Source of the DNA: an uncultured Gammaproteobacteria bacterium
Lineage (GTDB): Bacteria; Patescibacteriota; Microgenomatia; Levybacterales; GWA1-39-11
Assembly: GCA_964450885.1 (NCBI GenBank)
Contig: CAYVFE010000001.1
Coordinates: 502,572 to 566,571, forward strand
Length of the DNA: 64,000 nucleotides
Direction: 5' to 3'
The notes beneath the pieces were generated by a model, which was given only the letters and a program-made list of their open reading frames with translations, searched no databases and was not told where the DNA came from. The translations under genes and the position numbers were made by a program. Position 1 is the first letter of the stretch. Each line of letters starts with the position of its first letter. Below, piece after piece: positions 59,493 to 64,000 of this stretch.

Positions 59493-60169
59493 TAAGTCTT
59501 ATTCATGGTGATGACCTGGAAAGAATCGAAAAAACCCTTATAGATCTGACTTTAAAATCCAAAATTGTGAGGATTGATGGTGTAAAGATCAAGAAAAAAG
59601 AGCTTGAGGAGATCTTGTTGGGTGGTAGCCTTTTCGGTGAAGAAAGTCTTTTTGTCATAGATAGCCTTTATAAGAGCAAGAATAAGAAGGAGCTTTTGGA
59701 ATTTATTTCCATCCATAAAGATTCATTGACCGCTATCCTGGTTGAACGATCAAAGATTACTAAAAGAGACCTGGGATTGATCAAAGCGGACTCTGTCAGC
59801 GAATTTGCCCTTCCGCAGTACTATTTCAAATTTCTGGATGAGATCTATCCTGGTAACTCAAAAAGCCTTGATCGTGTCTATAGAGAGCTTTTGAAGACGA
59901 TGGGAGCTGAGCAAATCTTCTATTCTGTAATAAAAAGAGTGAGGGCGCTTATCGCGGTGCGAAGTGGCGCAAATAGTCATAGTGAGATAGTGCGTTTTGC
60001 CCCGTGGCAGCTGGGAAAACTCAGACAGCAGGCGTCTTTTTGGAGAGAGGAAGATCTTGTGGCTTTTTACAACAAGCTTTTTGAGATAGAAAAGAAGATG
60101 AAATCAAGCGCGCTTCCTTTAGGTCTTGAGAAATATCTTGACATAATGCTGATAACTGAATTAAACTAA
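59489..60169 (+). CDS. holA: DNA polymerase III delta subunit, short form
   Basis: LIHGDD, SLFGE, FKFLDEI, PWQLGKL..QA, EKKMKS pattern. Confidence 0.65.
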   Translation: MISLIHGDDLERIEKTLIDLTLKSKIVRIDGVKIKKKELEEILLGGSLFGEESLFVIDSLYKSKNKKELLEFISIHKDSLTAILVERSKITKRDLGLIKADSVSEFALPQYYFKFLDEIYPGNSKSLDRVYRELLKTMGAEQIFYSVIKRVRALIAVRSGANSHSEIVRFAPWQLGKLRQQASFWREEDLVAFYNKLFEIEKKMKSSALPLGLEKYLDIMLITELN

Positions 60170-60185
60170 ATCATCAATTTTAGCA

Positions 60186-62024
60186 ATGTCAGCTCAAAAT
60201 AACATGGCACCTCAAACAAAAGAACTTCTAGACAAAGCGCTCCAAGAGAAAAAACTCAATCAAAAAGCTTATGACGAGATAATCAGGTGGCTTACGGAGG
60301 AAGAATTTGAGGAATTCAAAGAAATACTGACGGGAAAAATCACAGATTCACAGTGGGAATTTTTGATGGACGCATTCTATAGAGTACTGATATTTGGTAC
60401 AGGGGGAATCAGAGGCGTAATGGATATAGGAACGAATAGGTTGAATAGTTATATGGTGAGATGGGCGTCACAAGCATATGCGCAATATCTTCTTAAGCAT
60501 AAAAGTGAACGCGTAAAAGATGGAGTCGCCATAGCTTATGATAGTAGGCATAACTCCAAAAAATTCACTGAAGAGACTGCCAGGGTCTTGGCGGCAAATG
60601 GAATTCCTGTGCATATTTATGACTATTACAAGGCCACTCCACAACTATCATTTACTGTCAGGGAGCTCGGGTGTGTAGGTGGAATAGTGCTTACTGCAAG
60701 TCATAATCCACCGGAATTTAATGGATATAAGGTCTATGATGAAAATGGTGTTCAGGTTCTGCCTGCTGTAGGACTTCAAATAGAGGAAGAATTCAAAGAT
60801 ATCAAAAGTATAAATAAGATGTCGTTTGATGAGGCTGTCGAAAAGGGACTTGTGAAATATATAGATAAGTCTGTAGATGAGAAATTTGCGCAGTCTGCGA
60901 AGGCGGCATCTACATATTCGGGACGAAACGTAAAGATAGTTTTTTCACCTCTTCACGGAGTTGGATCACAGTCCGTACTGCCGATACTTACAGAGCTTGG
61001 TTTTGATGACATAGTTCTCGTAGAGGATCAGATGAGTCTTGATGGAGATTTTCCAAACGTAGAAGGACATTTCCCTAATCCCGAATTTCCAGTCGTCTAT
61101 AAAAAGGCTATCGAGATCGCAAAAAAAGAAAATGCAGATATAGTCCTCGTATCTGATCCTGATGCTGACAGGTTAGGTATGGCAGTTCCTGATAAAAATG
61201 GAGAATGGACTCCTTTAAATGGGAATCAGGGAGCAGTCCTTATGGAGTATTTTCTACTTGAGAACTTGTCAAAGTCGGGCAAACTTCCTGCAAATCCAGT
61301 TCTGGTAAAAACCTCGGTCACGACAGACCTCTTCAAGGATGTTGGCGAGAGTTTTGGTGCGGAGGTTATAGGAGATCTTTTGGTCGGATTCAAATTTATA
61401 GGGGACAGGATAGAGCATTTGCCTGAGGGTAAAAATTTCGTATTTGCAGCAGAAGAAAGCGTAGGATATCTTTCGGGCCTTGCTTATCGCGATAAGGGAG
61501 CAGAAACGCCTGCTGTTATCGCGGCTGAGATGGCAGCTTACTGTCGGGACAACAATACCACTCCTATAGATATGTTGGAGTCGGTTTATCAGAAGTATGG
61601 TTATTATGCGGAAAGACTTTTCTACAAATTGATAGAAGGATTTGGGGCATTTGATCAAATGAATATGGCGATGGAGCAGCTTAGGACAAATCTACCAAAA
61701 GAGATAGGAGGAAGGAAAATCTTGAAGGTTCTCGACCGTCTTACGGGTGAGTTGCGTGATGGGCAGACCGGGGAGCTTTTGGAATCGCGTGATTGGGACA
61801 AAGGGGACATGATCTCTTTCTTTTTTACTGACGATGAGCGCACAGTGATTCATGCACGGCCTTCAGGAACCGAACCAAAGATGAAATACTATACGAATGT
61901 AAAAGGAAGATTGCAGGAGAGTTCAAAAGAAGATATCATGAAAGAGGCGGAGAAGCTCGAGAAGAGTATCGCCGGCATTTTTGAAGGTATAATAAAAGAT
62001 ATAAAGGTAGACGTTTTTAATTAG
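60186..62024 (+). CDS. Phosphoglucomutase/phosphomannomutase family
   Basis: FGTGGIRG, TASHNP phosphoserine, DPDADR metal loop, AEES, RPSGTEPK. Confidence 0.95.
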   Translation: MSAQNNMAPQTKELLDKALQEKKLNQKAYDEIIRWLTEEEFEEFKEILTGKITDSQWEFLMDAFYRVLIFGTGGIRGVMDIGTNRLNSYMVRWASQAYAQYLLKHKSERVKDGVAIAYDSRHNSKKFTEETARVLAANGIPVHIYDYYKATPQLSFTVRELGCVGGIVLTASHNPPEFNGYKVYDENGVQVLPAVGLQIEEEFKDIKSINKMSFDEAVEKGLVKYIDKSVDEKFAQSAKAASTYSGRNVKIVFSPLHGVGSQSVLPILTELGFDDIVLVEDQMSLDGDFPNVEGHFPNPEFPVVYKKAIEIAKKENADIVLVSDPDADRLGMAVPDKNGEWTPLNGNQGAVLMEYFLLENLSKSGKLPANPVLVKTSVTTDLFKDVGESFGAEVIGDLLVGFKFIGDRIEHLPEGKNFVFAAEESVGYLSGLAYRDKGAETPAVIAAEMAAYCRDNNTTPIDMLESVYQKYGYYAERLFYKLIEGFGAFDQMNMAMEQLRTNLPKEIGGRKILKVLDRLTGELRDGQTGELLESRDWDKGDMISFFFTDDERTVIHARPSGTEPKMKYYTNVKGRLQESSKEDIMKEAEKLEKSIAGIFEGIIKDIKVDVFN

Positions 62025-62025
62025 T

Positions 62026-63048
62026 ATGAATCCTATAGACAAATCAAATTTTAGACAGATGTTGCTTGATAGCCCTGATCAATTCAAGACAGGATTTGAA
62101 ATAGCGGATGGTATAAAAGTCGAGGGGGAATTCAAGTCTATTATGCTTTCAGGGATGGGTGGATCAGCTCTTCCAGGGAACATATTGCGTGTGTATCTGA
62201 GCGAGCTTTTCAAGAACGATAAGAATCACAAGAGATTTGAAGTATACCAGAATAGATTCTATTCTCTTCCTCACGAAGCATTCGATAATTGTCTTAATTT
62301 TCTGATGTCCTATTCCGGGAATACAGAGGAGACTTTGGAGTCTTTTGAGGAGGTTTTGGAAAATAAGCTTCCGGCGATCGGAGTCAGTAGTGGAGGAAAA
62401 GTCGAAAAGATAAGCAACGATAACAGTATCCCTCACATAAAGATGCCGATGCCTTATCCTGACTTTCAACCTAGACTAGGGACGGGGTACTTTTTTGGCG
62501 CTCTTGTTCAGGTGCTCATAAATCAAGGGATGATTCCTGACACCAAAGATCAAATACTTTCTGCTGCACAAAAGCTTAAGGAGAATATAGGAGATATTGA
62601 AGAACGGGGAAAGTCTCTTGCTGGAAAGGTTAAAGGTAGGACCCCGGTTTTCTATACATCTACTAAATATAAGCCAATCGCTATGGTCTGGAAAATCATG
62701 ATAAATGAGAATGGGAAGACTCCTGCATTCTGGAATTTCTTCCCCGAGCTAAATCATAACGAGATGAATGGGTTTGTGAGCCGCCAGGGAGATTTTATCG
62801 CAATTATGTTAAGAGATCCGGAGGATCATCCCAGAAACCATAAAAGATTTGAGGTAACAGCACAAATCCTAAGAGATACAGGCATGGAATCGGAGATAAT
62901 CGATTATTCTCAGGGAGACGTATTCTACAAGATGTTCAGCTCATTACTTTTGGGCGGATTTACATCATATTACCTAGCACTTTCTTATGGAAACGATCCA
63001 ACTCCCGTAGATCTGGTCGAAAAGTTCAAAAAACTTTTGGAGTCTTAA
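62026..63048 (+). CDS. Bifunctional phosphoglucose/phosphomannose isomerase (SIS, archaeal type)
   Basis: GMGGS, SYSGNTEET, QPR, INENGK, PELNHNE. Confidence 0.92.
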   Translation: MNPIDKSNFRQMLLDSPDQFKTGFEIADGIKVEGEFKSIMLSGMGGSALPGNILRVYLSELFKNDKNHKRFEVYQNRFYSLPHEAFDNCLNFLMSYSGNTEETLESFEEVLENKLPAIGVSSGGKVEKISNDNSIPHIKMPMPYPDFQPRLGTGYFFGALVQVLINQGMIPDTKDQILSAAQKLKENIGDIEERGKSLAGKVKGRTPVFYTSTKYKPIAMVWKIMINENGKTPAFWNFFPELNHNEMNGFVSRQGDFIAIMLRDPEDHPRNHKRFEVTAQILRDTGMESEIIDYSQGDVFYKMFSSLLLGGFTSYYLALSYGNDPTPVDLVEKFKKLLES

Positions 63049-63105
63049 ATAACCCACTTTCTTCTAGGATTGACTTATAGTATAACTATTTTTATAATAT
63101 GTCCT

Positions 63106-63522
63106 ATGGTTAAGAAAAGACGGGGAAGAAAAGAAATTATAACAAGCCATCAACGAGCTCATGAAGCCATTGCGCAAGCCAGGGTAGTGGGTACTCAAAA
63201 AGAAATAGTGCTTGATGAAGTGGAATTAATAGAGGATAAGGTATGCGAATTGTCTGAGGGAAAAGAGGTAGTAATAGAGGAGTCGTCTGAGATGATTAAG
63301 GAAAAATTTAGACTAAAAAGCGAGAAGGCTCATGAGCAGGCGAAAGAGTTGCAGAGTGACGTATATCGTTTGTTTGAGTTGACAAGAGATGGTGAACGAA
63401 CTCCTCAAAATTATCATGACGAACTCGTAAACGACCCCGAAATTTCAGGTGATGATGTGTATCGGGCAATTAGTTTCGGGATTGAAGCGTCTTCTCATCA
63501 ATTCCTCTCCAAAGAACGATAA
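63106..63522 (+). CDS. Hypothetical charged helical protein
   Basis: Fills the intergenic space; TTGACT-17-TATAAT ends 7 nt before ATG 63106. Confidence 0.6.
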   Translation: MVKKRRGRKEIITSHQRAHEAIAQARVVGTQKEIVLDEVELIEDKVCELSEGKEVVIEESSEMIKEKFRLKSEKAHEQAKELQSDVYRLFELTRDGERTPQNYHDELVNDPEISGDDVYRAISFGIEASSHQFLSKER

Positions 63523-63561
63523 CTTCTTGCATTTAAATCCAAAATTGAGCACAATGTATGT

Positions 63562-64000
63562 ATGGTCACTTCTTCAGATTTAGTGGTATGGCTTTCCAGT
63601 GTCGACAAACACGACATACATTATGTGGGTAGTAAAAATGCGAATCTAGGAGAAATGATAAGGGCAGGATTCCCTGTCCCTGAAGGATTCGCGGTTACTT
63701 CGACGGCCTATTCCATATTTCTTAAGAAAAATAATCTCGATGAGAAAATAAAGCACCTTTTGGGGACGATAAATTATGATGATAATGACTCTATCTCTCA
63801 GGTAAGTGCTCATATAAAAAAACTTATAATAAGTTCAAGCATCCCTGAGGAGATTATAAAAGATATATTCAACGCGTATGAGAGAATGACTGTAAAGTAC
63901 GATTCTCCCTATGTCGCGATACGTTCAAGCTCAACAAGTGAGGATTCAAAAACAGCTTCATTTGCCGGACAACAGGAAACATATCTAAATATAAAAGGAG
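63562..64000 (+). CDS. ppsA: Phosphoenolpyruvate synthase, N-terminal part (runs off the window)
   Basis: Manual translation MVTSSDLVVW...VGSKNANLGEM...GFPVPEGFAVT...VAIRSSSTSED...ASFAGQQETYLNI; missing from the ORF track because it has no stop. Confidence 0.88.
   Translation, partial: MVTSSDLVVWLSSVDKHDIHYVGSKNANLGEMIRAGFPVPEGFAVTSTAYSIFLKKNNLDEKIKHLLGTINYDDNDSISQVSAHIKKLIISSSIPEEIIKDIFNAYERMTVKYDSPYVAIRSSSTSEDSKTASFAGQQETYLNIKG

Overview
Gene-dense, AT-rich bacterial chromosome segment read with the standard code (TGA = stop). Gene content and style (short atpH and holA, archaeal-type PGI/PMI, many GT-C membrane glycosyltransferases, CCA-less tRNAs) suggest a Patescibacteria/CPR genome, probably Microgenomates; this is inference, no search was run. 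Layout: 1-14.9 kb surface-glycosylation locus (GT4, GT2, GT2/GT-C fusions, flippase, O-antigen ligase-like gene, inverted C-methyltransferase + DPM1-like/methyltransferase pair); 14.9-34.1 kb minus-strand housekeeping block (atpBEFHAGDC, dnaE, lone GGDEF, gatCAB, murT-gatD, lemA-htpX, polX); then tRNA-Asp, a LysM protein, tRNA-Gly, pyrG, a truncated L19, yraN, an ATP-grasp/aspartyl-peptidase fusion with a 7TM partner, ruvCAB, a P-type ATPase, greA, a class A PBP, small accessory genes, a GH1 flanked by a tRNA-Lys 3'-end repeat, tRNA-Lys, tRNA-Glu, a processive GT2, dus, a secreted clan-A glycoside hydrolase, holA, phosphohexomutase, PGI/PMI and the start of ppsA. No rRNA, CRISPR array, integrase or transposase was seen. 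Best leads: (1) a ~150-nt multi-hairpin RNA between a sigma70 promoter and tRNA-Lys; (2) the ATP-grasp ligase-peptidase fusion plus 7TM module; (3) the att-like repeat around the GH1 gene; (4) a possible methylated-sugar lipid-carrier cassette feeding GT-C enzymes; (5) pervasive leaderless gene architecture. Family names come from motif recognition and memory, not database searches.
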